DNA of 64,000 nt from a bacterium (GCA_965216635.1 OZ244188.1:2330644-2394643); one strand, 5' to 3'; shown: positions 49,606 to 60,042, numbered from the stretch's first letter. Notes: generated by a model not told the origin, from the sequence alone. Numbers and translations: made by a program.

Positions 49606-52263
49606 TTACAGTTTTTCTACTTTTTCATAAGCTACGCCAATGGCTTCGCAGTGTTTTTTACCGCAGGCTATTTTATTGTCTTCCGTTATACTTACAGAGC
49701 TTTCTCCCATACCTCCCTTAGTCTCAGTAATAAAATAAACTTTATCTCCGTTTTGTCTAATAAAAGCCCAATCTGGATTGTAATTTCCTACGGGTGTGGG
49801 GATTTGAAATTTTCTCGGTAGTTTTAGATAAACTGGATGTTGTTCGGAACTATCTAAATCTTTGGCGTAGTTTTGCTCTACTCCAGAATCGCAAACAATA
49901 GGATTGAGCGGGGTTTTTGTTGTGTTTTGCACTTCATAAAAATATTTTGCGTGCACTTCTTCTTCTTCTTCTGGTTTGATGATTTGCATCTCGTAATAAA
50001 ATCCGTCTATTTTTTGGTATTTGATACCGTCTATTAAAAGTTTTCCTAAAACACTTCGGAGGCATTTTTTTACTTCTAAAATAAAAAGCTCGGGGTTAAT
50101 CAAAAATTCTTCTAGTTTTTCGGATTGAATGATAATTTCTTTTAAAGTTTGTTTGGTAAGGTTAGTTTCTTTTTGAAGTTCTGCTAAAATATTGGGTAAG
50201 AATCGGATGTTTGAATTTTCACTATTTTTAGTGGATAGATCGCTGCTTTGAAATTCTTCTCGGACGCTAAGTTCTTCTATTTTGGTGCGGTTAATAGAAA
50301 TTTTAGCAGACTCTATGGAGGCTAGATCTTGGATTTTTTCTTTTGCTTGTTTAATAAAATTTTTAGAATCTAGCTTAACATTATAAGTAGTTCTTTGTTT
50401 GATTTTTTCCCAAAGCCTGCGAAAGTTTTCGTCTAGTTCTAAATCTTTATAAATTATTTTTTCTTTTTTGTAAGCGTTTTTAGTCAAGTTGGCACTTTCT
50501 CCGCAGTCTTCTTGTAGTTCTTGTTGGAGTGTTCTTGCAAAAGAATCGTAAGACTCGTTGGCGACGACGCTCAGTAAATTCATATCTCCTTTTATTCGCT
50601 TGTATTGGTTGTCTACCGCAAGCCGCAAGCCTCTCCCTATTTCTTGTCTTTTTTTGATTTTGGAGTTGCTCTCATTAAGGGTGCAGATTTGAAAAATATT
50701 AGGATTGTCCCAACCTTCTCTTAAAGCAGAGTGCGAAAAAATAAACCTTAAAGGTTCTTCGTTGCTTAGCAGTTTTTCTTTGTCTTTCATAATAAGTTGA
50801 TAGGTGTCTTTGTCTGCTTGTGTGTTGCCTTGGGTGTCTTTAAACTTCTTTTTGTTGTCTTGCGAAAAATAGCCGTTGTGTAAACGCTCAATAGGAAAAT
50901 TATGCTTAGAAAAACTATGCTCTGGTTGGTATTCTGCTTGTTCGCTGATTTTTTTGTATTCTTCTTCAAACCACTTACCAATTTTGCCTAAGCTATAACT
51001 TCCATCTTCGTTGTAGAGGCGGTAATTATTTACTCTATCAATAAAAAAAAGAGACAAAACTTTAACACCTTTTTTGCAGAGGTTTTTCTCTTTTTTTAGA
51101 TGTAGACGAATGGTTTCTGCTATTTGCGTTCGCATAATAACGTCTTTATTCTTTTGTAGGGGGTTTTGATAATCCACTCTTTTTCCGTTACTGAAACCTA
51201 CTTTTTCGTTATCTTTTTCGCAACTAATATCTGTGATTTTATAGCCTTGATAGATTTCTCTAGCTTTAGATTTTTGGAATAAATCATCGCCGTTTTTACA
51301 CCAGATTTGTTTTTTTCTAAAACCTTCTTTAAGCTGCTCCTCTATTTCTAGCTTTGCTTTGATGCCTTTATCGTTATTGGTATCTATTAGCTTGATATAG
51401 GCTTGGTTAAAATTTTCTTTGTCTATTACTGACGCTACTTCAATTTTTTTGACTAGGTTTTGCCTGTATGCTTGAATGGGGTCTAATTTGTAAATAATGT
51501 TTTGGTTGTTTCTGTGGGTTGCAGAATAGCGAAATTCTAGTAACGGGTTTAAGTCATCAATAGATTTTCTAGCTTTTTCTGTATTATCTACGCTTTGTGG
51601 CTCGTCAATAATTAAAATAGGCTGGATCGCTCTGATATACTCTAGTAAGGAAAAACCTAAGGCTTTGTCTCTACTTTCTTTGATTACTCTATCTTCTGTA
51701 TTGATAGCTTGAATATTGATAACCATTATATTCAAATTACTTTCTCTCGCAAAACTTATCACCTCGTTTGGTTTGCTAGATTTGTATAAAAAATATTTGT
51801 ATTGGTTGGTATACAATTCTTTAAAATGTTCCGCAGTGATTTCTAAATTTTTGATTACTCCTTCACGGATAGCAATGCTAGGCACTAAAATAATAAACTT
51901 GGTGAATTTGTATCTCTGGTTTAATTCAAAAATGGTTTTTAAGTAGACATAGGTTTTGCCTGTGCCTGTTTCCATTTCAATATTAAAAAAATATTTTTCT
52001 AATACTTCGGTAGTAGGCAAATTATTTTCTTTTTGTATTTTTTGCAGATTTTTTATCAAACTTTCTTTACTAAAAGTTAGTTCAGGGTTGGAATGGACTG
52101 ATACACCATAAGTTTGTAGCTGGGTTATGTCTTTTTTTGTAAATTCTCTGGTGTTTTTATTTTGGGTATTTTTATTAGCTTCTTTAGATTGTCCTTCCAA
52201 TAGGTTTATAACAGAATTTACTGCTTGTCTTTGATACTCTAGATTATCAAACTGAAAATTCAT
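49606..52263 (-). CDS. res: Type III restriction endonuclease subunit
   Basis: YQRQAV, IEMETGTGKT, VPSIAIREGV, IIDEPQ, RYSATH, SHSALREGWDNPN, QEIGRGLRL, YNPDWA..ETKG. Confidence 0.95.
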   Translation of the reverse strand: MNFQFDNLEYQRQAVNSVINLLEGQSKEANKNTQNKNTREFTKKDITQLQTYGVSVHSNPELTFSKESLIKNLQKIQKENNLPTTEVLEKYFFNIEMETGTGKTYVYLKTIFELNQRYKFTKFIILVPSIAIREGVIKNLEITAEHFKELYTNQYKYFLYKSSKPNEVISFARESNLNIMVINIQAINTEDRVIKESRDKALGFSLLEYIRAIQPILIIDEPQSVDNTEKARKSIDDLNPLLEFRYSATHRNNQNIIYKLDPIQAYRQNLVKKIEVASVIDKENFNQAYIKLIDTNNDKGIKAKLEIEEQLKEGFRKKQIWCKNGDDLFQKSKAREIYQGYKITDISCEKDNEKVGFSNGKRVDYQNPLQKNKDVIMRTQIAETIRLHLKKEKNLCKKGVKVLSLFFIDRVNNYRLYNEDGSYSLGKIGKWFEEEYKKISEQAEYQPEHSFSKHNFPIERLHNGYFSQDNKKKFKDTQGNTQADKDTYQLIMKDKEKLLSNEEPLRFIFSHSALREGWDNPNIFQICTLNESNSKIKKRQEIGRGLRLAVDNQYKRIKGDMNLLSVVANESYDSFARTLQQELQEDCGESANLTKNAYKKEKIIYKDLELDENFRRLWEKIKQRTTYNVKLDSKNFIKQAKEKIQDLASIESAKISINRTKIEELSVREEFQSSDLSTKNSENSNIRFLPNILAELQKETNLTKQTLKEIIIQSEKLEEFLINPELFILEVKKCLRSVLGKLLIDGIKYQKIDGFYYEMQIIKPEEEEEVHAKYFYEVQNTTKTPLNPIVCDSGVEQNYAKDLDSSEQHPVYLKLPRKFQIPTPVGNYNPDWAFIRQNGDKVYFITETKGGMGESSVSITEDNKIACGKKHCEAIGVAYEKVEKL

Positions 52264-52398
52264 TGTTGTTTGTTTTGTTGTAGGTTATTTATCTAACTAT
52301 TGGGTCTAACTATTGAGGGGTTGTCTCTAATTATTCACTGATAAAATCTAGTTTAAAAAAATTTTATTTCTTTTGAAAATATTTTTTAAAATATATTC

Positions 52399-52427
52399 TT
52401 GCAAGAAATAAGGCATCGGGTTATAGT
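52399..52427 (+). promoter_or_regulatory. Putative sigma70 promoter of hppA
   Basis: TTGCAA-17 nt-TATAGT, 38 bp upstream of the ATG. Confidence 0.55.
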
Positions 52428-52465
52428 AGCCATTTTAATCAATATTAACTTTTATTCAATAAAAA

Positions 52466-54592
52466 ATGATTCTTTGGACGATTACGATTTTATCTATTTT
52501 TGGTTTAGTGGTAGCGGGATTTTACACTTGGAGAGTTGCTCAAGCACCGACCTGTTCTGTCAAGGACAGTAAAACACAAATTTCTAAATTAAAAAAAATT
52601 CATTCTGCTATAGCCGAAGGAGCGAATGCGTTTTTAATGCAAGAGTATAAATATATGCTTTTGTTTATTGTGGTTTTTGGAGGCGTAGTTTTTTTTGCTG
52701 TAGATGACCCCAAAACAACAGATATTAACGAAGGGCTTTATACTCTTTTTAGCTTCGTATTTGGCTGCTTGATTTCCATTCTTTCAGGATACATAGGTAT
52801 GAAAATAGCTACTATGGGAAATCTACGAACTGCAGTAGCGGCGCAAACTTCACTCGGTAAATCTTTTAAGCTGGCTTTAAATTCTGGCTCTGTGATGGGT
52901 TTTGCTTTAGTCAGTTTAGCGGTAATTGGTTTTGTATTGATATACCTATTTACTCGCTATTTTTTACCCACAGCAGACGCACATATTCTTTTTGAAGTTA
53001 TCGCTGGTTTTGGGTTAGGAGGTTCTTCCATTGCGCTTTTTAGCAGAGTAGGTGGTGGGATTTTTACAAAAGCAGCGGATGTAGGTGCAGATTTAGTAGG
53101 TAAGGTAGAAAAAAATATTCCAGAAGATGACCCAAGAAACCCAGCTGTTATTGCCGATAATGTCGGAGATAATGTAGGTGATGTGGCTGGAATGGGAGCA
53201 GATCTTTTTGGTTCTTGCGCTGAATCTACCTGCGCCGCCCTAGTAATAGGAGCTTTGGCTTTTGCGGGCAGTCTGGTTGCGGCTCTTTACCCTGTATTGT
53301 TAAACGCAGTGGGCATTCCAGTGAGTTTCATTGTGCTTTTATTTATCCGAGCTCAAAATGAAAAAGGAGTCACCTTAGCCCTCAAATCTATGCTTATTTT
53401 TTCTACTTTGCTGATGGCAATCCTCACCTATTTTCTAACTCTTTGGGCGATACCAGAAACATTTTCTATAGGGCAGTTGGAAGTGAGTAATATCAAAGTG
53501 TATTATAGCTATCTTTCTGGTTTATTGGCTGGTTTGGTTATTGGAATTTTAACTGAATACTACACCTCGCATAGTTTTAAACCCGTCCGAGAACTATCGG
53601 GCTCTTGTAAAACGGGAGCAGCTACCAATATTATTTTCGGAATTGCATTAGGTTTTAATAGCGTTTGGCCCACTATTCTTTCTTTAGCGATTGCTATTTT
53701 TATTCCATTCAAACTAGCAGGTATGTATGGAGTAGCTATTGCCGCTTTGGGAATGCTTGGAACTCTTGTAATTGGACTTACCATTGATGCCTATGGCCCT
53801 GTTTCGGATAACGCCGGAGGGATTGCAGAAATGTCAGGTATGCCCAAAGAAGTCCGAGAAAGAACAGATATTTTGGACTCTGCTGGAAATACAACAGCAG
53901 CCATCGGTAAAGGCTATGCCATAGGTTCTGCGGTGCTTACTTCTTTGGCACTTTTTGCTGCCTTTCTTACCCGTGCAGAAATTATTTCTGGAGTTAGTTT
54001 TACCAATATTAATTTACTAGACCCGCTTGTGCTTACTGGTTTGTTTGTAGGAACAATCCTCCCTTTTCTTTTTTCGGCTTGGGCGATGAAAGCAGTAGGC
54101 TCAGCAGCTTACAGTATGATAGACGAGGTCCGTAGGCAATTCAAAGAAATGCCCGGCATAATGAAAGGAACAACAACTCCTGATTATAAAAAATGCGTTG
54201 CCATTTCCACCAATGCAGCTCTTAAACAAATGGTAGCACCAGGGCTTCTCATCGTTCTAACTCCTTTAATTATAGGATGGTTATTTGGTATTCACGCTTT
54301 GGCGGGACTTTTATTAGGCTCTCTTTTAGTAGCTACTGGTCTGGCTATTTTTCAATCCAACGCTGGAGGAGCTTGGGACAACGCCAAAAAATACATAGAG
54401 CAAGGTTTTTTAGGGGGTAAAGGCACGGATGCCCATAAGGCGTCTGTTGTAGGAGATACAGTCGGAGATCCTTTTAAAGACACCTCAGGTCCCTCTTTAA
54501 ATATTCTAATGAAACTGTCTGCTATTTTAAGTTTAGTTTTTGTGCCGTTTTTTGTAAAGCACGGAGGAGTATTACTCAAATTTTTTGAGTAA
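52466..54592 (+). CDS. hppA: Membrane-bound pyrophosphatase, predicted K+-dependent H+ pump
   Basis: DVGADLVGKVE, EDDPRNP, DNVGDNVGD, GNTTAAIGKG, GGAWDNAKK, GDTVGDPFKD. Confidence 0.95.
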   Translation: MILWTITILSIFGLVVAGFYTWRVAQAPTCSVKDSKTQISKLKKIHSAIAEGANAFLMQEYKYMLLFIVVFGGVVFFAVDDPKTTDINEGLYTLFSFVFGCLISILSGYIGMKIATMGNLRTAVAAQTSLGKSFKLALNSGSVMGFALVSLAVIGFVLIYLFTRYFLPTADAHILFEVIAGFGLGGSSIALFSRVGGGIFTKAADVGADLVGKVEKNIPEDDPRNPAVIADNVGDNVGDVAGMGADLFGSCAESTCAALVIGALAFAGSLVAALYPVLLNAVGIPVSFIVLLFIRAQNEKGVTLALKSMLIFSTLLMAILTYFLTLWAIPETFSIGQLEVSNIKVYYSYLSGLLAGLVIGILTEYYTSHSFKPVRELSGSCKTGAATNIIFGIALGFNSVWPTILSLAIAIFIPFKLAGMYGVAIAALGMLGTLVIGLTIDAYGPVSDNAGGIAEMSGMPKEVRERTDILDSAGNTTAAIGKGYAIGSAVLTSLALFAAFLTRAEIISGVSFTNINLLDPLVLTGLFVGTILPFLFSAWAMKAVGSAAYSMIDEVRRQFKEMPGIMKGTTTPDYKKCVAISTNAALKQMVAPGLLIVLTPLIIGWLFGIHALAGLLLGSLLVATGLAIFQSNAGGAWDNAKKYIEQGFLGGKGTDAHKASVVGDTVGDPFKDTSGPSLNILMKLSAILSLVFVPFFVKHGGVLLKFFE

Positions 54593-54598
54593 TTTTTT

Positions 54599-55109
54599 AA
54601 GAGACCTTTGAATTTTAGCATTCTAGTTCGGCAAAACAGGCTTGCGGCTTTCACTTTTGCTAAATGCAAATAATAGACTTTTGCGTTTGCCAAATAGGAC
54701 AAAACTAACTGTTTAGCCAAAGCAAGCTTATTGCTTGACGCTTTTTATGGACTATTTGTGAAACAGCCAAAGGGCTGTTTCACAGTTCATTCTTGCTTAA
54801 TGCAAGGTTTATAGTGCCCTGATCCCATTATTGTGGCACTACGCCGTTGAAAAATTTTTTTAACTCTTGCCATTTGTGAAGAAATGCTCTTTAGTATTGC
54901 TGCGAGCGAAAAAAATTTTAGCTCGCACCTGTTCTAACTATTTGGCTAGCCGTCACAGCTAGTTTTGTCCTATTTGGCAAATTCAAAGGTCTAAATTACA
55001 GAGTGTCCTAAGCTGGTTCCATTATTGTGGCACTACAATATTCCTCTTGGGTAAAAAACTTTTGCTCCTTGTACAGCTTTCCTATAATGCTAAAGTTCAA
55101 AGGTCTCTT
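54599..55109. mobile_element. Nested palindromic elements (outer 54599..55109, inner 54674..54993)
   Basis: Outer ends AAGAGACCTTTGAATTTTAGCATT/AATGCTAAAGTTCAAAGGTCTCTT; inner ends TAGACTTTTGCGTTTGCCAAATAGGAC/GTCCTATTTGGCAAATTCAAAGGTCTA. Confidence 0.85.
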
Positions 55110-55111
55110 CA

Positions 55112-56758
55112 ATGAATAAACCATTGCAAACTAAGTTTGTCTTTATTACTGGAGGTATTATTTCCTCATTAGGTAAAGGGGTAGCTGCTGCTTCTGTGGG
55201 AGCTATTCTCAAATCTTCGGGGTATAAAATAGGTTTTCTAAAATCAGACCCTTACATCAATGTAGACCCAGGCACTATGAATCCCTTCCAGCACGGGGAG
55301 GTTTTTATCACCAAAGATGGAACAGAAACCGATTTAGATTTAGGGCATTACGAAAGATTTACAGGTCAAGAAATGTCTCGCTGGAATAATTTTACAGCAG
55401 GTCAGGTCTACGACACAGTGATGAAAAAAGAAAGGAAGGGAGATTTTTTAGGAAAAACAGTTCAAGTGATTCCCCATATTACCGATGAAATAAAAAGTAG
55501 AATTTTTACTGCTACTAAAGATTGCGATATTTTTATTGTAGAAATTGGAGGCACAGTTGGAGATATAGAATCTTTACCTTTTTTAGAAGCCATCCGCCAA
55601 ATCAGATTTGAGTTAGAGTCAGACCAGATTTTCTATATTCATATGACTCTCATTCCTTGGATTAAAAGTGCTCAAGAACTAAAAACCAAACCCACACAAC
55701 ACAGCGTCAACAAACTCCGAGAAATAGGGATACAACCGGATATGCTAATTTGTCGTAGTGCACACCCCCTTACAAAAGAATTGAAAGATAAAATAGCAAT
55801 GTTTACCAATGTTCAACCAGAAAATGTAATTACAGGCTCCGATGCCGAATGGATTTATGAAATTCCATTACTACTCGCCAAAGAAGGAATTCATAAAGGA
55901 ATTTTTAAAAAATTTTTCGGAGCAAAGTTAAAAACAAAAGAGCCAAACTTAAAAGACTGGAAAAAAATTGTGCAAAAATTCAACGCCCCAAAAAAAGAAG
56001 TCCGCGTAGGTATAGTTGGCAAATACTTAAAATTAAGAGATGCCTACAAAAGTCTTTTTGAAGCTCTAGAACACGCTGCTATCCATCAAGGTCTGCAACT
56101 CAAAATTGTCAACTGTGATCCAGAGTTTTTAGAAAAAAAGAAAGAAAAAATTCCTAATTGTGACGGTTTTTTAGTACCTGGCGGGTTTGGTAAAAGGGGG
56201 AGCGAAGGAAAAATTTTGTATGTTAAGCACGCTAGAGAAAAACAGATTCCATTTTTTGGTATTTGCTATGGATTTCAGATGGCAATTATAGAATACGCTA
56301 GAAATGTAGTAGGTTTAAAAGAAGTACATTCTGTCGAAATTTCCCCTAATGCTAAAATAAAAATTATAGAAATTATGGCAGAACAAAAAAAACAAATGAA
56401 TTTAGGAGGCACTATGCGACTAGGAGAGACAGAAGTAGAATTTAGCAAAAACAGCAAAATAGCTCAAATTTATGGTTGTCTCAAAACAGGGGAAAGGCAT
56501 CGTCACCGCTTTGAAATGAATAATGAATATATCCAGCCTTTAAAAAAAAAGGGGATGGTTTTTTCTGGCTTTTTCGCTGATTCTTCCTCTAGTAAGGAAA
56601 AAAAAACTTCTCACTTACACTTGATAGAATCTATAGAATTGCCCAAACATCCTTGGTTTGTAGCTGTGCAATACCACCCTGAATTTAACTCATCTCCTTT
56701 CAAGCCTCATCCACTCTTCACCAGCTTTATGAAAACTGCCGCACAACGTAGGCACTAG
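55112..56758 (+). CDS. pyrG: CTP synthase
   Basis: TGGIISSLGKG, DPYINVDPGTM, ETDLDLGHYERF, KTKPTQHSV, GICYG, ERHRHR, QYHPEF. Confidence 0.98.
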   Translation: MNKPLQTKFVFITGGIISSLGKGVAAASVGAILKSSGYKIGFLKSDPYINVDPGTMNPFQHGEVFITKDGTETDLDLGHYERFTGQEMSRWNNFTAGQVYDTVMKKERKGDFLGKTVQVIPHITDEIKSRIFTATKDCDIFIVEIGGTVGDIESLPFLEAIRQIRFELESDQIFYIHMTLIPWIKSAQELKTKPTQHSVNKLREIGIQPDMLICRSAHPLTKELKDKIAMFTNVQPENVITGSDAEWIYEIPLLLAKEGIHKGIFKKFFGAKLKTKEPNLKDWKKIVQKFNAPKKEVRVGIVGKYLKLRDAYKSLFEALEHAAIHQGLQLKIVNCDPEFLEKKKEKIPNCDGFLVPGGFGKRGSEGKILYVKHAREKQIPFFGICYGFQMAIIEYARNVVGLKEVHSVEISPNAKIKIIEIMAEQKKQMNLGGTMRLGETEVEFSKNSKIAQIYGCLKTGERHRHRFEMNNEYIQPLKKKGMVFSGFFADSSSSKEKKTSHLHLIESIELPKHPWFVAVQYHPEFNSSPFKPHPLFTSFMKTAAQRRH

Positions 56759-56850
56759 CTCGTATAAAATCTCATACAATAAAAAAAAACACTTAAATCA
56801 AAAGCTCTTTTAAATAATAAGACCTCGGTTATAAATGTGATCGGCTATAT

Positions 56851-57642
56851 TTAATACTTATGCGAATCTAAAATAGAAGAAGAAACTAAATTTTTGTAAT
56901 TTTTGATGCTGTATCCTATTTTATTTACTCTTTTTTCTAGTTTAGAGCTTATAGGAAAGTAAATTTTTTTCAAAAAATGACTTCTATCCTTACGGTATAC
57001 TGAAAAATATATATCATTGGAATTAGTGTTAATAGTATGCCGAACACCCTTTGATTCCAATCCCAAAAAATCATATATTCTGTCTACCTCATTTTGTGGT
57101 TGACTTACAAGATCTTCATACCTAAGAACATATACAGATTTCAAGTAAGGAATATCTTTTATAAAAATTTCGTACCCTTTTAATGAATGTTCTAATAAAG
57201 ATTTGATTGAAACTTTCCTCCATTTTTGGGTTGCATAACTTATTACTAAAGGATGCCGTAATATAACGATAAATTTACTATTAGGGAAAAGTTTTTGAAG
57301 AAATCTTGTTCTGATTAAATTAGGAGGACTTTTCTCCACATAATACTTGCATTTAGGATCATAAAACGATTCCCATTGTTTCCTAATGGTTTTAGCTGAT
57401 TTTTCGGTAGCTAAGACATGATGTTCGTTCATATATGAACGAATATCATAGATATATTTTCCTGGACCTCCATAAAAAAGGGCTGTTTCATAAACTGATT
57501 GAAGCCATTGGCCTTCGTTGCGAGGAACGTCTGTTTGCGAAATCCCACTTATTAAAGGATGTTCACAGATAATTTTTTGCAATAGAGTTGTTCCACTTTT
57601 GTGATGTCCAGCTATGAATATAAAACTTGGAATTTTTGCCAT
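56851..57642 (-). CDS. PAPS-dependent sulfotransferase family protein
   Basis: IFIAGHHKSGTT, EKSP, FIVILRHP, RYEDL. Confidence 0.88.
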   Translation of the reverse strand: MAKIPSFIFIAGHHKSGTTLLQKIICEHPLISGISQTDVPRNEGQWLQSVYETALFYGGPGKYIYDIRSYMNEHHVLATEKSAKTIRKQWESFYDPKCKYYVEKSPPNLIRTRFLQKLFPNSKFIVILRHPLVISYATQKWRKVSIKSLLEHSLKGYEIFIKDIPYLKSVYVLRYEDLVSQPQNEVDRIYDFLGLESKGVRHTINTNSNDIYFSVYRKDRSHFLKKIYFPISSKLEKRVNKIGYSIKNYKNLVSSSILDSHKY

Positions 57643-57868
57643 TCAAGGTTAGATTTAATTTATTAAATGTTGTAAGACGGTTGAATTAGGCATTCTAATT
57701 CAATAATATCTATCTACTTTAGTAAATTGTAATACGGATAGACAGTCAATGTCAAATTTATTTTCAGTAAAAAGTAAATCTACAGTACCAAAAACTATTT
57801 GTTTTATTTTGTATATTTTGATAAAACAATAGTAAAAATATATTTTATAAAGATTAGTAAAATACTCA

Positions 57869-58675
57869 ATGGAATTTACTTTTAATTTACTTTTAGGGTT
57901 AAGTTTTTTGTGCTGGGTAGCTTCTTGGGTTCTCTTTTTTAAAAGAAAAAGTAGCCTTATATTCACAACCTATATTCTATCCATAACGCAAATAGCACTG
58001 CAGATTTTTTTTCTTATTTTCTTTGGTTTTGGCGAACATTGGAGTAGCTCTAGTCTCTTGCTTCTCATTTCTGCGTTTGTAATAAGTATTTTATTTGTTT
58101 TTTTGATTTACAAAAAAAATTCTTTTTATTGGGGTATCGTTTTACCGGGGTTTATTTTTTTTCTTTTATTTTTAGCAGGACTTCTTTCTCAACATCGTAG
58201 TTTATTTTTATCGGATGAATTGACTTCACAAACTAGCCTACTTTATGCCCACATTGTTTTTTTTATTTTAACCTACCTTTTTTTATCTATTGCTTTCTTA
58301 ACTAGTCTTTTTTTTCTTTTCAGACACTTTCAGTTAAGGAATAAAAAAATGACTCGGATAATCATTAGAAAAGAAGAAATTCCTAGTTTAAATAATCTGC
58401 ATAAAATAAGTTCTTGGCTTATTAATTTTAGTTTTTTTTTACTTTCTTTAGCAGTAATTTTTGCTCTTTTTATTCAACCTCCGATACTAACTAATTTTAC
58501 CGCACTAAGTTTTAGAGTGCTGGTTCCAATTTTGCTTTGGTGTATCTATGGGATTTTTATTCTTGCAAAAAATTTTTGGTTATTTTCTAACTTGATAGAA
58601 GCTCGTTTGAATATTTTTATTTATGTTATAGCTATTTTTAGTTTTGTATATGAAATCAGTCTTTTGATAAAATGA
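57869..58675 (+). CDS. CcsA/YpjD-like multi-pass membrane protein
   Basis: ~8 TM helices; AHIVFFILTY and IPSLNNLHK resemble the family; no WGxxW motif visible. Confidence 0.6.
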   Translation: MEFTFNLLLGLSFLCWVASWVLFFKRKSSLIFTTYILSITQIALQIFFLIFFGFGEHWSSSSLLLLISAFVISILFVFLIYKKNSFYWGIVLPGFIFFLLFLAGLLSQHRSLFLSDELTSQTSLLYAHIVFFILTYLFLSIAFLTSLFFLFRHFQLRNKKMTRIIIRKEEIPSLNNLHKISSWLINFSFFLLSLAVIFALFIQPPILTNFTALSFRVLVPILLWCIYGIFILAKNFWLFSNLIEARLNIFIYVIAIFSFVYEISLLIK

Positions 58676-60042
58676 TAGTCCAAAAGTTTGGAGGCACAAG
58701 TTTGGGTAGACAGGGTGGTTTTAAAAGAATCGTTGAAATCATCAAACAAACTTCTGTTCAATCCAAACTTATTGTTGTGGTTTCTGCTTTTAGTAGTACT
58801 AAAAAAAATGAAGGGGTCACATCAAAATTGATACAGGCTTCACAGCTTGCAGTAAAAGGTAAAAGTAGTTTTTTAAAAATTATACAAGAAATTGAAGAAT
58901 TACATATTAAATTGATCAATGCCCACATTAAAGACGAAAAAAGTAAAAAAAAAACCACTGAGGATACAAAAGAGATACTCAAAAAAACAAAAAATTTTTT
59001 AGAAGCTACTAAAATCATAGGAGAACTGACAAACCGATCGGTAGATAATATTATTTCTGTAGGAGAAAGACTAGCTGCTAAAATATTTGCAGCAGTTTTA
59101 AAAGATAACGGTGTTCTAGCTTCAGCTATAGATTTATCCGAATTGATAAAAAAAGATTGGGTTGAAGTCAATCCAAAGCTTTTTCTATCAATTCAAAAAA
59201 ATCTAAAACCATTTTTTAAAGATACTCCAAAAAAAGAAGTTTTAGTTTTTACTGGATTTATAGGGCGAATTCCCAATGGAATAATGTCAGCATTAGGCAG
59301 AGGTTATACAGATTTCACTGCCTGTTTATTAGCTCTTGCCGCTAAAGCAAAAGAACTACAGATTTGGAAAGAAGTAGATGGGGTTTTTAGTGCAGATCCT
59401 AGTGTGGTAGAAAAAGCCAAACTACTTGCGACAATTCACCCTGAAGAAACATCTGAATTGTCTTATTACGGTTCGGAAGTAATCCATCCATCCGCAGCAA
59501 GCTATACTACTAAAGCTAAAATTCTTTTACGTATCAAGAATACTTTTAACGCTAAAAATGAAGGAACTTTAATCACGGCTAACCATATTCCAAAAAGCGA
59601 AGGAGCTATTGCAGTTACCTGCAAGCGAAATATTGTTTTACTCAATATCTATTCTAATAAAATGCTTATGGCTTATGGATTTATGGGAAAACTTTTTAAT
59701 ATCTTAAGAAAATACCATATTGTTATAGACCTAATTGCTACTTCTGAAGTCAATGTTTCTTTAACCATAGAAAATAAAGAATTACCCACTGGCTTATTAA
59801 AAGATTTAGGTAAAATTGGTAAAGTTACTCTGCAAAAAAATATGTCTATTATAAGCGTAGTGGGTAAGGGCTTAAAAAAACAAATTGGAGCATCAGGAAA
59901 AATGTTTTCAACTTTAGGGAAGGCTGGAATTAATATTGAAATTATTTCGCAAGGTTCTTCGGAAATCAATATTTCTTGTGTGATTCGTTCTCAAGATGCA
60001 GATAAAGGTTTGATTGCATTGCATAAAACTATGATTGAGTAA
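58672..60042 (+). CDS. lysC: Aspartate kinase with two ACT domains
   Basis: VQKFGGTS, SVGERL, GRGYTD, WKEVDG..ADP, ISQGSSEINIS. Confidence 0.95.
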   Translation: MIVQKFGGTSLGRQGGFKRIVEIIKQTSVQSKLIVVVSAFSSTKKNEGVTSKLIQASQLAVKGKSSFLKIIQEIEELHIKLINAHIKDEKSKKKTTEDTKEILKKTKNFLEATKIIGELTNRSVDNIISVGERLAAKIFAAVLKDNGVLASAIDLSELIKKDWVEVNPKLFLSIQKNLKPFFKDTPKKEVLVFTGFIGRIPNGIMSALGRGYTDFTACLLALAAKAKELQIWKEVDGVFSADPSVVEKAKLLATIHPEETSELSYYGSEVIHPSAASYTTKAKILLRIKNTFNAKNEGTLITANHIPKSEGAIAVTCKRNIVLLNIYSNKMLMAYGFMGKLFNILRKYHIVIDLIATSEVNVSLTIENKELPTGLLKDLGKIGKVTLQKNMSIISVVGKGLKKQIGASGKMFSTLGKAGINIEIISQGSSEINISCVIRSQDADKGLIALHKTMIE

